Positions 1 to 9,925 of a stretch of 64,000 nt of DNA are shown here, in pieces; positions within the stretch are counted from its first letter, which is position 1; each line of letters begins with the position of its first letter. Source of the stretch: an uncultured Actinomycetota bacterium (GTDB lineage: Bacteria; Actinomycetota; Actinomycetes; Actinomycetales; Dermatophilaceae); NCBI GenBank assembly GCA_963724015.1, contig CAVRTM010000014.1:427289-491288 (forward strand). The letters are read 5' to 3'. Under the pieces are notes generated by a model that was not told where the DNA came from, did not search any database, and saw only the letters and a list, made by a program, of their open reading frames with translations. Position numbers and translations under genes: made by a program.

Positions 1-1
1 C

Positions 2-1045
2 GACCTCCAGCCCTACGTGGGCAAGGAGATCGAGGCCAAGATCATCGAGCTGGACAAGAACCGCAACAACGTGGTCCTGTCCCGCCGTGCGTGGCTCGAG
101 CAGACCCAGTCCGAGGTGCGCACCACGTTCCTCAAGGAGCTGCAGAAGGGTCAGGTCCGCTCCGGCGTCGTCTCCAGCATCGTCAACTTCGGTGCGTTCG
201 TGGACCTCGGCGGCGTCGACGGCCTGGTGCACGTCTCCGAGCTGTCCTGGAAGCACATCGACCACCCCTCCGAGGTCGTCGAGGTCGGCCAGGAGGTCAC
301 GGTCGAGGTCCTGGACGTCGACATGGACCGCGAGCGCGTCTCCCTGTCGCTGAAGGCGACGCAGGAGGACCCGTGGCAGCACTTCGCCCGGACCCACGCG
401 ATCGGTCAGGTCGTCCCGGGCAAGGTCACCAAGCTCGTCCCGTTCGGTGCGTTCGTGCGCGTCGACGACGGCATCGAGGGCCTGGTCCACATCTCCGAGC
501 TGGCCGAGCGCCACGTGGAGCTGCCGGAGCAGGTCGTCAACGTCGGCGACGACATCTTCGTCAAGGTCATCGACATCGACCTCGAGCGTCGCCGCATCTC
601 GCTGTCGCTGAAGCAGGCCAACGACGAGGGCAGCGCGGTCGCCGAGTTCGACCCGACGCTCTACGGCATGGCCGCCGAGTACGACGAGAAGGGCAACTAC
701 AAGTACCCCGAGGGCTTCGACCCCGAGACCAACGAGTGGCTCGAGGGGCACGAGGAGCAGCGCGAGAAGTGGGAGAAGCAGTACGCCGAGGCGCACTCCC
801 GCTGGGAGGCGCACCGCGCCCAGGTCGAGCAGGCGGTCAAGGACGACGCCGAGGCTGCGGCCAACCCCGAGGCTGCGACGTCCTACTCCTCCGGCGGCCC
901 GTCGACGAGCTCCTCGAGCTCGTCCTCGACCGGCGGCAGCTCGTCCTCGTCCTCGTCCTCGGACAGTGGCGCTTCCCAGGGTGGCGGCACGCTGGCCTCC
1001 GACGAGGCGCTGGCTGCCCTGCGCGAGAAGCTCACCGGCGGCTGA
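2..1045 (+). CDS. rpsA: 30S ribosomal protein S1, 5'-truncated by the window edge
   Basis: The frame is open from base 2. Repeated S1/OB motifs are present (IVNFGAFVDLGGVDGLVHVSEL, KLVPFGAFVRVDDGIEGLVHISEL). A Ser-rich low-complexity tract lies near the C-terminus. Stop TGA at 1043-1045. Confidence 0.95.
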   Translation, partial: DLQPYVGKEIEAKIIELDKNRNNVVLSRRAWLEQTQSEVRTTFLKELQKGQVRSGVVSSIVNFGAFVDLGGVDGLVHVSELSWKHIDHPSEVVEVGQEVTVEVLDVDMDRERVSLSLKATQEDPWQHFARTHAIGQVVPGKVTKLVPFGAFVRVDDGIEGLVHISELAERHVELPEQVVNVGDDIFVKVIDIDLERRRISLSLKQANDEGSAVAEFDPTLYGMAAEYDEKGNYKYPEGFDPETNEWLEGHEEQREKWEKQYAEAHSRWEAHRAQVEQAVKDDAEAAANPEAATSYSSGGPSTSSSSSSSTGGSSSSSSSSDSGASQGGGTLASDEALAALREKLTGG

Positions 1046-1094
1046 GCACTGGATGATCCGTACGACGTGACGCCCCTGTGAGCGGCGTGTCGAC

Positions 1095-1132
1095 GCACGA
1101 AGGCCCGGACCACCTGGTCCGGGCCTTCGTGC
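1095..1132 (+). terminator. Hairpin terminator after rpsA (perfect 17-bp stem, 4-nt loop, no T-tract)
   Basis: gcacgaaggcccggacc (1095-1111), loop acct, then ggtccgggccttcgtgc (1116-1132), which is an exact reverse complement. It lies 50 nt after the rpsA stop. Confidence 0.7.
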
Positions 1133-1164
1133 GTCCGGGGCCGCCCCGCCCGCGGGCCGGCACC

Positions 1165-1265
1165 GGCGCGCGGGACGGGTGGCGCGGCGTACGGGCGCGC
1201 GACGGGTGGCGCGGCGTACGGGCGCGGGACAGGTGGCGCGACGGCGTACCGGCGCGCGTGACAGG
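1165..1265. repeat. Tandem repeat, about 27-30 bp x 3.5 (unit ggcgcgcgggacgggtggcgcggcgtacg)
   Basis: I read units at 1165-1193, 1194-1220 and 1221-1250, plus a partial unit at 1251-1265. The tract sits between the rpsA terminator and the ATG of the next gene (1275). Confidence 0.75.
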
Positions 1266-1274
1266 CTGTGCGGC

Positions 1275-1742
1275 ATGGCACGCACCATCGCAACCAACGA
1301 CTCCGTCGACCGCGACCAGCTGCTGGACTTCGTCCGGCCGAGGCACCAGATGGTCCTCATCACGCGCCGTCGGGACGGCAGCCCGCAGGCCAGCCCGGTG
1401 ACCGCCGGCGTCGACGAGCAGGGACGCATCGTCATCTCGACCTATCCCGAGCGCGCCAAGACCGCCAACGCCCGCCGCGACCCGCAGGTCAGCGTCCTCG
1501 TGCTGTCCGACGACTTCGGCGGTGCCTGGGTGCAGGTCGACGGCACCTGCGAGGTGCTGGACCTGCCCGACGCCCTCGAGCCGCTCGTCGACTACTTCCG
1601 CGCGATCTCCGGTGAGCACCCCGACTGGGACGAGTACCGCGCGGCGATGACCGCGCAGGGCAAGAGCCTGCTGCGGGTGACGCCGACCCGGTGGGGCCCG
1701 GTGGCCACCGGCGGCTTCCCGGCCCGCCTCGCGGACGCCTGA
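1275..1742 (+). CDS. PPOX-class (pyridoxamine 5'-phosphate oxidase-like) probable F420-dependent oxidoreductase
   Basis: Internal ATG of ORF 1179..1742. Family-typical sequence: MVLITRRRDGSPQASPVT..GRIVISTYPERAKTANARRDPQVSVLV. The upstream part of the ORF lies inside the tandem repeat and is Arg-rich noise. Confidence 0.7.
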   Translation: MARTIATNDSVDRDQLLDFVRPRHQMVLITRRRDGSPQASPVTAGVDEQGRIVISTYPERAKTANARRDPQVSVLVLSDDFGGAWVQVDGTCEVLDLPDALEPLVDYFRAISGEHPDWDEYRAAMTAQGKSLLRVTPTRWGPVATGGFPARLADA

Positions 1743-1746
1743 GGCC

Positions 1747-2942
1747 GTGCTGCAGGTCGGTCTCACCGGGGGCATCGGCTCGGGCAAGTCCACCGTCTCG
1801 GCCCGACTGGGCGAGCTGGGCGCCGTCGTCGTCGACGCCGACCGCATCGCCCGTGAGGTGGTGGCGCCGGGCACCTGCGGCCTCGCCGAGGTGCGGCGAC
1901 GCTTCGGCCCGCAGGTGCTCGCTGCCGACGGGACGCTGGACCGGGCGGCGCTCGGCGCGCTGGTGTTCAGCAACCCCGAGGCGCGCGCCGACCTCGAGCG
2001 GATCACCCACCCGCTCGTGCGCGCCCGGACCGCCGAGCTGGTCGCGGAGGCACCCGCCGACGCGGTTGTCGTGCACGACGTGCCACTGCTGGTCGAGAAG
2101 CACCTCGGCCCGGCCTACCACCTCGTCGTCGTGGTGCACGCCGACGAGGCGACCCGGGTGTCCCGGCTGGTGTCCGCCCGGGGACTGGCCGAGACCGACG
2201 CCCGGGCGCGGATCGCGGCCCAGGCGGACGACGACCAGCGCCGTGCCGCCGCCGACGTGTGGCTGGACAACGAGGGCAGCCCGCGCCAGCTGCTCGACCA
2301 GGTCGACGCGCTGTGGCACGACCGGCTGGTGCCGTTCAACGACAACCTCCTGCGCGAACCGGCGCGCCACGCCGCCCGGACGTGCCGACCCTCGCCCCGT
2401 ACGACGGGTCGTGGCCGGCGCAAGCGGAGCGGCTGGTGCAGCGCCTCGGGCACGCCCTCGGGCCGCGGGCGCTCCGGGTCGACCACATCGGCTCGACGAG
2501 CGTCCCCGGCCTGCTCGCCAAGGACGTTCTCGACCTGCAGGTGGGGGTGCGCGACCTCGCGGACGCCGACGAGGCCGCATTCGTGCGGGCCCTGCGGGAC
2601 CTGGGGTTCCCCCGGTCCGAGGGCAACGTCCAGGACACGGTGCACGACTGGGCGCCGGACCCGGCCGAGTGGCAGAAGCGGTTCCACGGCAGCGCCGACC
2701 CCGGCCGGGTCGCGCACGTGCACGTGCGGCGGGTGGGCAGCCCGGGGCACGAGGTGGCCCTGCTGTTCCGCGACTGGCTGCGGTCCTGCCCTGAGGAGGC
2801 CGGCGCCTACGCCGACCTCAAGCGGGAGCTGGCGGCGACCCGGTCCAGCACCACCGACTACACGGCGGCCAAGGAGCCCTGGGTGGCTCTGGCGCTCGGC
2901 CGGGCGCGGGCGTGGGCGGGGAAGACGCAGTGGTCGACCTGA
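1747..2942 (+). pseudogene. coaE: Dephospho-CoA kinase fused to a C-terminal GrpB/UPF0157 domain, interrupted by one apparent -1 frameshift near 2365-2378
   Basis: The frame-1 N-terminus has a P-loop (GLTGGIGSGKST) and a CoaE body up to ..DRLVPFNDNLL. The frame-3 continuation (PDVPTLAPYDGSWPAQAERLV..LRVDHIGSTSVPGLLAKDVLD) is the GrpB domain, as in the mycobacterial CoaE fusion. Confidence 0.85.
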
Positions 2943-2975
2943 CCGGAGCGGAGGGCCCGGGAGGTCCGGGGGACG

Positions 2976-3398
2976 GTGCGTCGGGCCGGGCGGACGGTCC
3001 GTCGGGGAGGGCGGGCGCCCTCGGAGCCGCAGCGGCGACCGGTGAGCGTCTACGGCCAGGGCGAGGAGCCCGACCCCCGCTTCAGCCTGGCCAACGAGCG
3101 CACGGCGCTGGCCTGGATGCGCACGGCCCTGGCCCTCGTCGGCGGTGGCGTCGCACTCATCTCCGTCGGCAGCCTGGCGACGCTGCCCCAGTGGTCGGCG
3201 CTCATCGGTGCGGCGGTCTGCGTCGGTGGTGCGCTGTTGGCGTGGCGCGCGGTGACGGGCTGGGCACGGGTGGAGCGGGCCCTGCGTCACAGCCAGCGGC
3301 TGCCGGCGCCGCGGGCCCTGGCCTGGCTGGCCGGAGGCGTGATCTGCCTGGCGATGCTGACCCTGGTGCTCACCATCCTGCAGCTGCTGCGTCGATGA
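2976..3398 (+). CDS. DUF202 (YidH-like) membrane protein
   Basis: Motif RFSLANERTALAWMRTALAL plus three hydrophobic helices. The start is uncertain; an alternative GTG lies at 3042. Confidence 0.65.
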   Translation: MRRAGRTVRRGGRAPSEPQRRPVSVYGQGEEPDPRFSLANERTALAWMRTALALVGGGVALISVGSLATLPQWSALIGAAVCVGGALLAWRAVTGWARVERALRHSQRLPAPRALAWLAGGVICLAMLTLVLTILQLLRR

Positions 3399-3679
3399 CG
3401 CTCGTCCCCGGCCGGAACGGCCTGCCGCGCGAGCGCACCGCACTGGCCTGGCAACGGACCGCGATCATCGCGGTCGTCGTGCCGCTCCCGCTGCTGCTGG
3501 TCGACGCCCGTCTCGGTGCCTGGCCGCTGGTCGTGCTGGGGTCCCTGTCCACGCTCGTCGCAGTGGCGCTGGTCGGCCGCACCGTGCCGCGGATCCGGCA
3601 CCTGCACGGCCACCACGGCAGGCACGAGCGCCGTGGGCATCCTGACCGCCATGACCGCCATGACCGCCATGACCGGTGA
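3395..3679 (+). CDS. DUF202 membrane protein with a His/Asp/Arg-repeat C-terminal tail
   Basis: Its ATG overlaps the upstream stop (ATGA at 3395-3398). It carries the ERTALAWQRTA motif. The tail HLHGHHGRHERRGHPDRHDRHDRHDR is encoded by a 9-bp repeat. Confidence 0.65.
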   Translation: MTLVPGRNGLPRERTALAWQRTAIIAVVVPLPLLLVDARLGAWPLVVLGSLSTLVAVALVGRTVPRIRHLHGHHGRHERRGHPDRHDRHDRHDR

Positions 3680-3712
3680 CGTGACCGCCTGACCGCCATG
3701 ACCGCGATGACC
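3638..3712. repeat. 9-bp microsatellite (CATGACCGC)n straddling the stop codon of the DUF202 gene
   Basis: catcctgaccgc catgaccgc catgaccgc catgaccgg tgacgtgaccgc ctgaccgc catgaccgc gatgacc. The repeat continues about 33 nt past the TGA at 3677-3679. Confidence 0.8.
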
Positions 3713-3892
3713 AGCCCGCCCGCGAGCTTCCCTCGCCGTGGCCGCCGATGCGGGCCGTGGCCCTGGTGGCCTCCCTCGCGGCGGCCGGGGCGGTGGCGAC
3801 GGCGCTCACCGTGGCTCTGTCCTGATCGGCCGCCGGGCCGTGCGAGTGACTGCCGGTGACCCCCTGTCGGTGCTGGCGTCTACGGTTGACTC

Positions 3893-6004
3893 ATGCGGCC
3901 CACGACTGACCTCCAGCGCACGGTGGCACCCTTCCAGGTGGTCTCCGACTTCGAGCCCAGCGGTGACCAGCCCACCGCCATCGCCGACCTCGCCAAGCGG
4001 ATCAAGGCCGGCGAGGAGGACGTCGTGCTGCTCGGTGCCACCGGCACGGGCAAGTCGGCCACGACCGCCTGGCTGATCGAGCAGGTGCAGCGGCCGACGC
4101 TGGTCATGGCGCCCAACAAGACGCTGGCCGCCCAGCTCGCCAACGAGTTCCGTGAGCTGCTGCCCAACAACGCCGTCGAGTACTTCGTCAGCTACTACGA
4201 CTACTACCAGCCCGAGGCGTACATCGCCCAGACCGACACCTACATCGAGAAGGACTCCTCGATCAACGACGAGGTGGAGCGGCTGCGGCACAGCGCGACC
4301 AACTCGCTGCTGACCCGGCGCGACGTCATCGTCGTCGCCTCGGTGTCCTGCATCTACGGCCTCGGCACCCCGCAGGAGTACGTCGACCGGATGGCCCGGC
4401 TGCGGGTCGGCCTGGAGATCGAGCGCGACGAGCTGCTGCGCCGGTTCGTCCAGATGCAGTACACCCGCAACGACCTCGCGTTCACCCGCGGCACGTTCCG
4501 GGTGCGGGGCGACACGGTCGAGATCATCCCGGTCTACGAGGAGCTCGCGATCCGGATCGAGTTCTTCGGCGACGAGATCGAGCGGATCTACACGCTGCAC
4601 CCGCTGACCGGCGAGATCGTGCGCGAGGAGAGCGAGATGTACGTCTTCCCGGCGACCCACTACGTCGCCGGTCCGGAGCGGATGGAGCGGGCGATCCGCG
4701 GCATCGAGCTCGAGCTCGAGGACCAGCTCGCGGCGTTCGAGAAGCAGGGCAAGCTGCTCGAGGCCCAGCGGCTGCGGATGCGCACGACCTACGACATCGA
4801 GATGATGCGCCAGGTCGGGTCGTGCTCGGGCATCGAGAACTACAGCCTGCACATCGACGGGCGCGCCCGTGGCTCGGCGCCCAACTGCCTGCTCGACTAC
4901 TTCCCCGAGGACTTCCTCCTGGTCATCGACGAGTCCCACGTCACCGTGCCGCAGATCGGCGCGATGTACGAAGGGGACATGTCCCGCAAGCGCAACCTCG
5001 TCGACTTCGGCTTCCGTCTCCCGAGCGCGATGGACAACCGCCCGCTGCGGTGGGAGGAGTTCCTCGAGCGGGTCGGCCAGACCGTCTACCTCTCCGCGAC
5101 GCCGGGGCAGTACGAGCTGGCCAAGTCCGACGGCGTCGTGGAGCAGATCATCCGCCCGACCGGGCTGGTCGACCCCGAGGTCGTGCTCAAGCCGACCAAG
5201 GGCCAGATCGACGACCTCCTGCACGAGATCCGCGAGCGCGTCGCCAAGGACGAGCGGGTGCTCGTCACGACGTTGACCAAGAAGATGGCCGAGGACCTCA
5301 CCGACTACTTCCTCGAGCGCGACGTCCGCGTCCGCTACCTCCACAGCGAGGTCGACACCCTCCGGCGGGTCGAGCTGCTGCGCGAGCTGCGGATGGGCGA
5401 GTACGACGTGCTGGTCGGCATCAACCTGCTGCGTGAGGGTCTTGACCTGCCCGAGGTCTCCCTGGTCAGCATCCTCGACGCCGACAAGGAGGGCTTCCTG
5501 CGGTCGGCCCGCAGCCTGATCCAGACCATCGGCCGGGCGGCCCGCAACGTGTCCGGGCAGGTCCACATGTACGCCGACAAGATCACCCCCTCGATGGAGC
5601 AGGCGATCGACGAGACCAGCCGGCGCCGCGAGAAGCAGATCGCCTACAACCTCGCGCACGGCGTCGACCCGCAGCCGCTGCGCAAGAAGATCGCCGACAT
5701 CACCGACCTGCTCGATCGGGAGGACGCCGACACCGAGGCGCTGCTCGGCAGTGGCCGGTCCCAGTCGCGCGGCAAGGCCCGTGGCGGCGCGGGTGGCCGC
5801 GGCGCCCTCGCGGCAGACGTCACGGTGTCCAGCGGCCGGCTGGCCGAGATGCCGGCGGCCGACCTGGCCAACCTCATCCAGGAGCTCACCACCCAGATGC
5901 ACCAGGCCGCTGCAGACCTGCACTTCGAGCTGGCCGCGCGACTGCGCGACGAGCTCGGCGACCTGAAGAAGGAGCTGCGTCAGATGACCGCTGCGACCGG
6001 CTGA
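3893..6004 (+). CDS. uvrB: Excinuclease ABC subunit B
   Basis: Intact 703-aa ORF. It has a Walker A motif (GATGTGKS), [10 protein letters not shown], helicase motifs and a C-terminal UVR domain ([17 protein letters not shown]). Confidence 0.97.
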   Translation: MRPTTDLQRTVAPFQVVSDFEPSGDQPTAIADLAKRIKAGEEDVVLLGATGTGKSATTAWLIEQVQRPTLVMAPNKTLAAQLANEFRELLPNNAVEYFVSYYDYYQPEAYIAQTDTYIEKDSSINDEVERLRHSATNSLLTRRDVIVVASVSCIYGLGTPQEYVDRMARLRVGLEIERDELLRRFVQMQYTRNDLAFTRGTFRVRGDTVEIIPVYEELAIRIEFFGDEIERIYTLHPLTGEIVREESEMYVFPATHYVAGPERMERAIRGIELELEDQLAAFEKQGKLLEAQRLRMRTTYDIEMMRQVGSCSGIENYSLHIDGRARGSAPNCLLDYFPEDFLLVIDESHVTVPQIGAMYEGDMSRKRNLVDFGFRLPSAMDNRPLRWEEFLERVGQTVYLSATPGQYELAKSDGVVEQIIRPTGLVDPEVVLKPTKGQIDDLLHEIRERVAKDERVLVTTLTKKMAEDLTDYFLERDVRVRYLHSEVDTLRRVELLRELRMGEYDVLVGINLLREGLDLPEVSLVSILDADKEGFLRSARSLIQTIGRAARNVSGQVHMYADKITPSMEQAIDETSRRREKQIAYNLAHGVDPQPLRKKIADITDLLDREDADTEALLGSGRSQSRGKARGGAGGRGALAADVTVSSGRLAEMPAADLANLIQELTTQMHQAAADLHFELAARLRDELGDLKKELRQMTAATG

Positions 6005-6222
6005 CGGGTCGGGGCTTGGGGCAGGTGCACGCAGGTGCTGGTTACCTCCGGGCGACCGGCCGCGGGCCGACCGGCCGACCGGCCGCGGTGCAGCTGCCGG
6101 CCCGGGCGCCCGCCCCGACGCGGCCGTCAAGGCGGGGGACGCGGGCCGGCTGGAGCAGTGGGCTGCTGCACCACGCAGGCTGGGCGGCCCGGTGGACGAC
6201 GACGAGGAGAGGAGAGACCGTC

Positions 6223-6651
6223 ATGACGGTGGGAGTGCAGGTGTCCTTCGACGCCAGTGGCCCGGCACGGCTGGGAGCGTTCTGGGCCGAGCTGCTCGGA
6301 TACGTCGAGCAGCCGCCGCCGGAGGGCTTCGGCTCGTGGCAGGAGGCGCTGGCGGCGTGGGGCGTGCCAGAGGACGAGCGCGACAGCGCCTACGCCATCG
6401 TGGATCCGGCCGGGGCGGGGCCGCGGCTGTTCTTCCAGCGGGTCCCCGAGGCCAAGGTGGCCAAGAATCGCGTGCACCTCGACGTCAACGTCGGCGCCGG
6501 GCTGCCGGCCGACGAACGGACGGCACACGTCCGCGCCGAGGCCGCGCGGGCCGTGGCTCTCGGGGCCACACAGCTCCGGGAGGCTGAGCAGCGTGGGGAG
6601 TTCTGGGTGGTGCTGCAGGACCCCGACGGCAACGAGTTCTGCCTCCAGTGA
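6223..6651 (+). CDS. VOC/glyoxalase-like domain protein
   Basis: ATG at 6223 preceded by the RBS ggagaggagag. Family-typical sequence: LGAFWAELLGY..RLFFQRVPE.K..KNRVHLDV..DPDGNEFCL. Confidence 0.7.
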   Translation: MTVGVQVSFDASGPARLGAFWAELLGYVEQPPPEGFGSWQEALAAWGVPEDERDSAYAIVDPAGAGPRLFFQRVPEAKVAKNRVHLDVNVGAGLPADERTAHVRAEAARAVALGATQLREAEQRGEFWVVLQDPDGNEFCLQ

Positions 6652-6804
6652 GCCCGGGCGTGGCGTCGGGCCCGCTCCCCGGAGCGGACCTCAGGGCCGG
6701 GTCAGGTGCGCGAGGTAGCAACCGGACGCATCCGAGGACGAGCCGTCGGCCTGCTGGGCGGTAGGCGGATCTGGTCGGCGACGGGGGGCCCAAGGGGGTG
6801 GGGT

Positions 6805-7206
6805 GTGAAGCGCGGAGCTGCGGTTCTTGCGGCGCTTGTCGTGCTGCTCGCCGGTTGTCGCCACGAGACGGGCAACGTCTCCATGGGGGAGACCGACATC
6901 TGCGGCCACCGTGTCGGCTACAACATGCTTGTCTCCGATGCGCGACTGCCACGACCACCCGTGGCCGTCACCAGTGTCACCACGGGTGATGTGGTGGCGC
7001 TTCAGGTCGCGGACTGCGACCACGGGATCGCGACCGAGCTCGACCCGAACGATGGCGCGGGCACGGTCGTTCAGGCCGTCCACGACGCGCGCGGCCGCGA
7101 CGTTGCCCTCGTGGTCCGCCCGGTCCTGGGCAAGACGCTGCGCATCTCCACGAGCGGACCTGCCGGCCGCACACTCCTCGCGACGGTGAGCGTGCACGAA
7201 CGGTGA
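6805..7206 (+). CDS. Hypothetical lipoprotein
   Basis: GTG at 6805 after the RBS aagggggtgggg. The signal peptide with lipobox reads VKRGAAVLAALVVLLAGC. I recognised no domain. Confidence 0.5.
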   Translation: MKRGAAVLAALVVLLAGCRHETGNVSMGETDICGHRVGYNMLVSDARLPRPPVAVTSVTTGDVVALQVADCDHGIATELDPNDGAGTVVQAVHDARGRDVALVVRPVLGKTLRISTSGPAGRTLLATVSVHER

Positions 7207-7269
7207 CAACGCGGCGGCCGCGACCGATGAGGGCTTGCGCGCGCCACGGACCTCATCCATGGTGTCCGG

Positions 7270-7674
7270 GTGGGCACCAAGGCGGCGGGCGGCGGCCCCG
7301 GGGCAGGAGCTTCGAGCCGTCGGCTCACCGGCGACCAGCTCCGGGCGCACTGCCTGTCGCTGCCCGGTGCCTGGCAGGACGAGCCCTGGGACGGCGACGT
7401 CGTCGCCAAGGTCGCTGACAAGATCTTCGCGTTCCTCGGCTCGGGCACGTCGGTCGGCGTGAAGTGCGGCGCCAACCGGGAGGAGGCGAATGAGTGGCTG
7501 TTGCAGTACCCCGCGCACGCCCGCGCGATGGCCTACATCGGCCGCTCCGGGTGGAACACCCTTGACCTCGGCGGGGCGATTCCGGACGTAGAGATCCTGG
7601 AGGCGGTCGACACCTCCTATGCGACCGTGGTGGCGAAGCTGCCCAGGAGCAGGCGCCCGGCCGCAGGCGGTTAG
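7270..7674 (+). CDS. MmcQ/YjbR family DNA-binding protein
   Basis: Pattern LSLPGAWQDEPWDGDVVAKVADKIFAFLG..VGVKC...GWNTLDL..EILEAVDTSYATVVAKLP is typical of the YjbR fold family. Confidence 0.7.
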   Translation: MGTKAAGGGPGAGASSRRLTGDQLRAHCLSLPGAWQDEPWDGDVVAKVADKIFAFLGSGTSVGVKCGANREEANEWLLQYPAHARAMAYIGRSGWNTLDLGGAIPDVEILEAVDTSYATVVAKLPRSRRPAAGG

Positions 7675-7727
7675 GCTTGACGGGTCGGCCGCGCTGCGGC
7701 CGCACCTTCTTGCAGGCCCTCACCCGG

Positions 7728-8081
7728 ATGGATGTTCTTGTGTCGCTCAACCCCCGCGCCCTCTTTCGCACTGTGGCCATCGCCGAGGCGTTTTCGTGGG
7801 CCGGACTGCTCGTCGGCATGCTGTTCAAGCACGTACTCAAGGTGACCGACCTCGGCGTCCAGGTCTTCGGCCCGATCCACGGCGCCATCTTCGTCGCCTA
7901 CCTGGTCAGCGTCCTCGTCGTCCGCCGGCCACTGCGCTGGGGCCTGAAGACGGTGCTGCTGGCGGCAGTCGCGTCCGTCCCGCCGTTCGCCACGCTGGCG
8001 TTCGAGGTCTGGGCGGACCGCCGCGGCCGGCTCACTCCCGCACCCGCCCGGGCACCGCAGCTGGAGACCATCACCGTCTGA
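7728..8081 (+). CDS. DUF3817-type small integral membrane protein
   Basis: Sequence ALFRTVAIAEAFSWAGLLVGMLFKH...GPIHGAIFVAYLV. The start is taken at an internal ATG; the ORF itself opens at 7677. Confidence 0.55.
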   Translation: MDVLVSLNPRALFRTVAIAEAFSWAGLLVGMLFKHVLKVTDLGVQVFGPIHGAIFVAYLVSVLVVRRPLRWGLKTVLLAAVASVPPFATLAFEVWADRRGRLTPAPARAPQLETITV

Positions 8082-8216
8082 CCAGCAGGGACGACGCCCC
8101 ACGGCGACCGGGGTGGCGCCCGTGCTTCCCCCTGTCCGAGTTATTCACCGGCGCCCCGAGCGGTCGATACGCTGCGAAGGTCCAGGGGCCGGCAGGGCCG
8201 ACCAGAGGTGAGCGCC

Positions 8217-8513
8217 ATGGCGTACGCAGTGATCCGGCACTACAAGGGGTCCGCCGAGCTGATCGACGAGCTGGGACGACGCTCCGGGGAGGTGGAGAAC
8301 GTCATTCGGGGCGTTTCCGGCTTCCAGAGCTACTACTTGGCCCGCTCCGCGGAGGGCGGTTTCAGCATCAGCGTCTTCTCGGACCAGGCCGGTGCGGAGG
8401 AGTCCGTGCGGGCGGCCCGGCAGTTCATCCAGGACACCGTCTCCGATCTGGCGGGTGACCCGCCGGAGGTGCTGCAGGGCGAGGTCACCATCAGCTTCAC
8501 CGGCGAGGGGTAG
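8217..8513 (+). CDS. Hypothetical small cytoplasmic protein (ABM/Dabb-like alpha+beta barrel is my guess)
   Basis: 98-aa ORF MAYAVIRHYKGSAELIDEL.. with codon usage like its neighbours. I cannot name a family with confidence. Confidence 0.4.
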   Translation: MAYAVIRHYKGSAELIDELGRRSGEVENVIRGVSGFQSYYLARSAEGGFSISVFSDQAGAEESVRAARQFIQDTVSDLAGDPPEVLQGEVTISFTGEG

Positions 8514-8711
8514 ACCCGGCCCAGGTCGCGGGCGCATTTTGATCTCGCCGGGGGAGCGGCCGGTCCAGGCTGGTGCGGCGCTTGACGGCGTGGCCTGCGC
8601 GTGGAGGGTGCGTGGCTGCCGACCGGTCCGGTGCCGGCGTCGTCGACGATCTCGTGGCTGTCAGCGGCGGTGCCCGATTTGGGCGGACCCCGGGCGTCTG
8701 GGAGACTCGGG

Positions 8712-8828
8712 GTGACCACGGAGGGGAGTATCCCCACGCGGCTTCCTCGTCATCACGGACTCTTGCGCCTGCGTGGGTGTCCCGGGGGGCCGGTCCGCCA
8801 CGTTGGGGCGGGAGAGACCTCCGGCCAC
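8712..8828 (+). promoter_or_regulatory. yybP-ykoY (Mn2+) riboswitch candidate in the TerC leader
   Basis: The 5' conserved block GGAGGGGAGUA (8719-8730) and the 3' block GGGAGAGACCUCC (8809-8822) match the two conserved loop/helix halves as I remember them. cggagg and cctccg can close P1. The element ends about 40 nt before the TerC ATG. Confidence 0.6.
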
Positions 8829-8865
8829 CTGCCTGTGCGCCGGAACCGGAAGGCCTCCCGATCTC

Positions 8866-9857
8866 ATGAACGTTCCCATCTGGCTGTGGATCCTCACCCT
8901 CGGGGTGACCACGGCGATCCTGCTCTTCGACGTCTTCATCATCGGGCGCAGGCCACACGTGCCGTCCAACAAGGAGACGGGGTCCGCGCTCGCGGTCTAC
9001 GTCGGGTTGGCGGTCATGTTCGGCCTCGGGGTCTGGCACTTCGCCGGTGCCGACTTCGCCACCCAGTACTTCGCGGGCTGGCTGACCGAGTACTCGCTGT
9101 CGGTCGACAACCTCTTCGTCTTCCTCATCATCATGGCCAAGTTCGGGGTGCCGGAAAAGCTCCAGCAGTCGGCGCTGATGGTCGGCATCGTCATCGCCCT
9201 GGTCCTGCGCGGCATCTTCATCGCCGTCGGTGCCGCTGCGATCAACCAGTTCTCCTGGGTGTTCTACCTCTTCGGCGCGTTCCTCATCTACACGGCGGTC
9301 AAGCTGGCCCGCGAGGGTGACAGCGACGACGACGAGTTCGAGGAGAACCGCTTCCTGAAGTGGGTCGAGCGGCGCTTCCCCGCCACCAACCGAGTGGCAC
9401 GGCGCCAAGCTCTTCGTGAAGGAGAACGGCAGCCGCCTGATCACGCCGATGTTCATCGTGATCCTGGCGCTCGGCACCACCGACCTGCTCTTCGCCCTCG
9501 ACTCGATCCCGGCGATCTACGGCCTGACCCAGGAGCCGTTCCTCGTGCTGACCGCCAACATCTTCGCCCTGATGGGTCTGCGCCAGCTGTTCTTCCTCAT
9601 CGGCGGCCTGCTCAAGCGCCTGGTCTACCTCGGCATCGGGCTGGCGATCCTGCTCGGCTTCATCGGCGTCAAGCTGATCCTGCACGCGATGCACGTCAAC
9701 GAGCTGCCGTTCATCAACGGCGGCCAGCCACATCAGCGGGGCGCCGGACATCAGCATCGTCCAGTCGCTGGCCGTGATCGTCGGCATCCTGGCGGTCACC
9801 ACCATCGCCAGCCTGCTCAAGACCCGCCGGGATGAGCGGTCTCAGGTCGGGGGCTGA
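8866..9857 (+). pseudogene. TerC family integral membrane protein, two apparent +1 frameshifts (about 9390 and about 9728)
   Basis: Frame 1 reads MNVPIWLWILTLG..YSLSVDNLFVFLIIM.. to ..RRFPATN. Frame 2 reads (EW)HGAKLFVKENGSRLITPMFIVILALGTTDLLFALDSIPAI..NELPFINGGQ. Frame 3 reads ISGAPDISIVQSLAVIVGILAVTTIASLLK.. to the TGA at 9855-9857. Confidence 0.85.
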
Positions 9858-9925
9858 CGGCGGCGGCTGACGTCGAGTCGTTGCTGCGCGGGGCTGGGGC
9901 ACGTGGCGGAGGCGCGCCGCCGGAG

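Noticed and set aside
880-1010. The Ser-rich tract at the S1 C-terminus and its Asp/Glu-rich antisense ORF (883-1293)
   Set aside because: It is a low-complexity linker within a clearly conserved rpsA frame, and the antisense ORF is a by-product of the (TCS)n/(GAS)n codon repeats.
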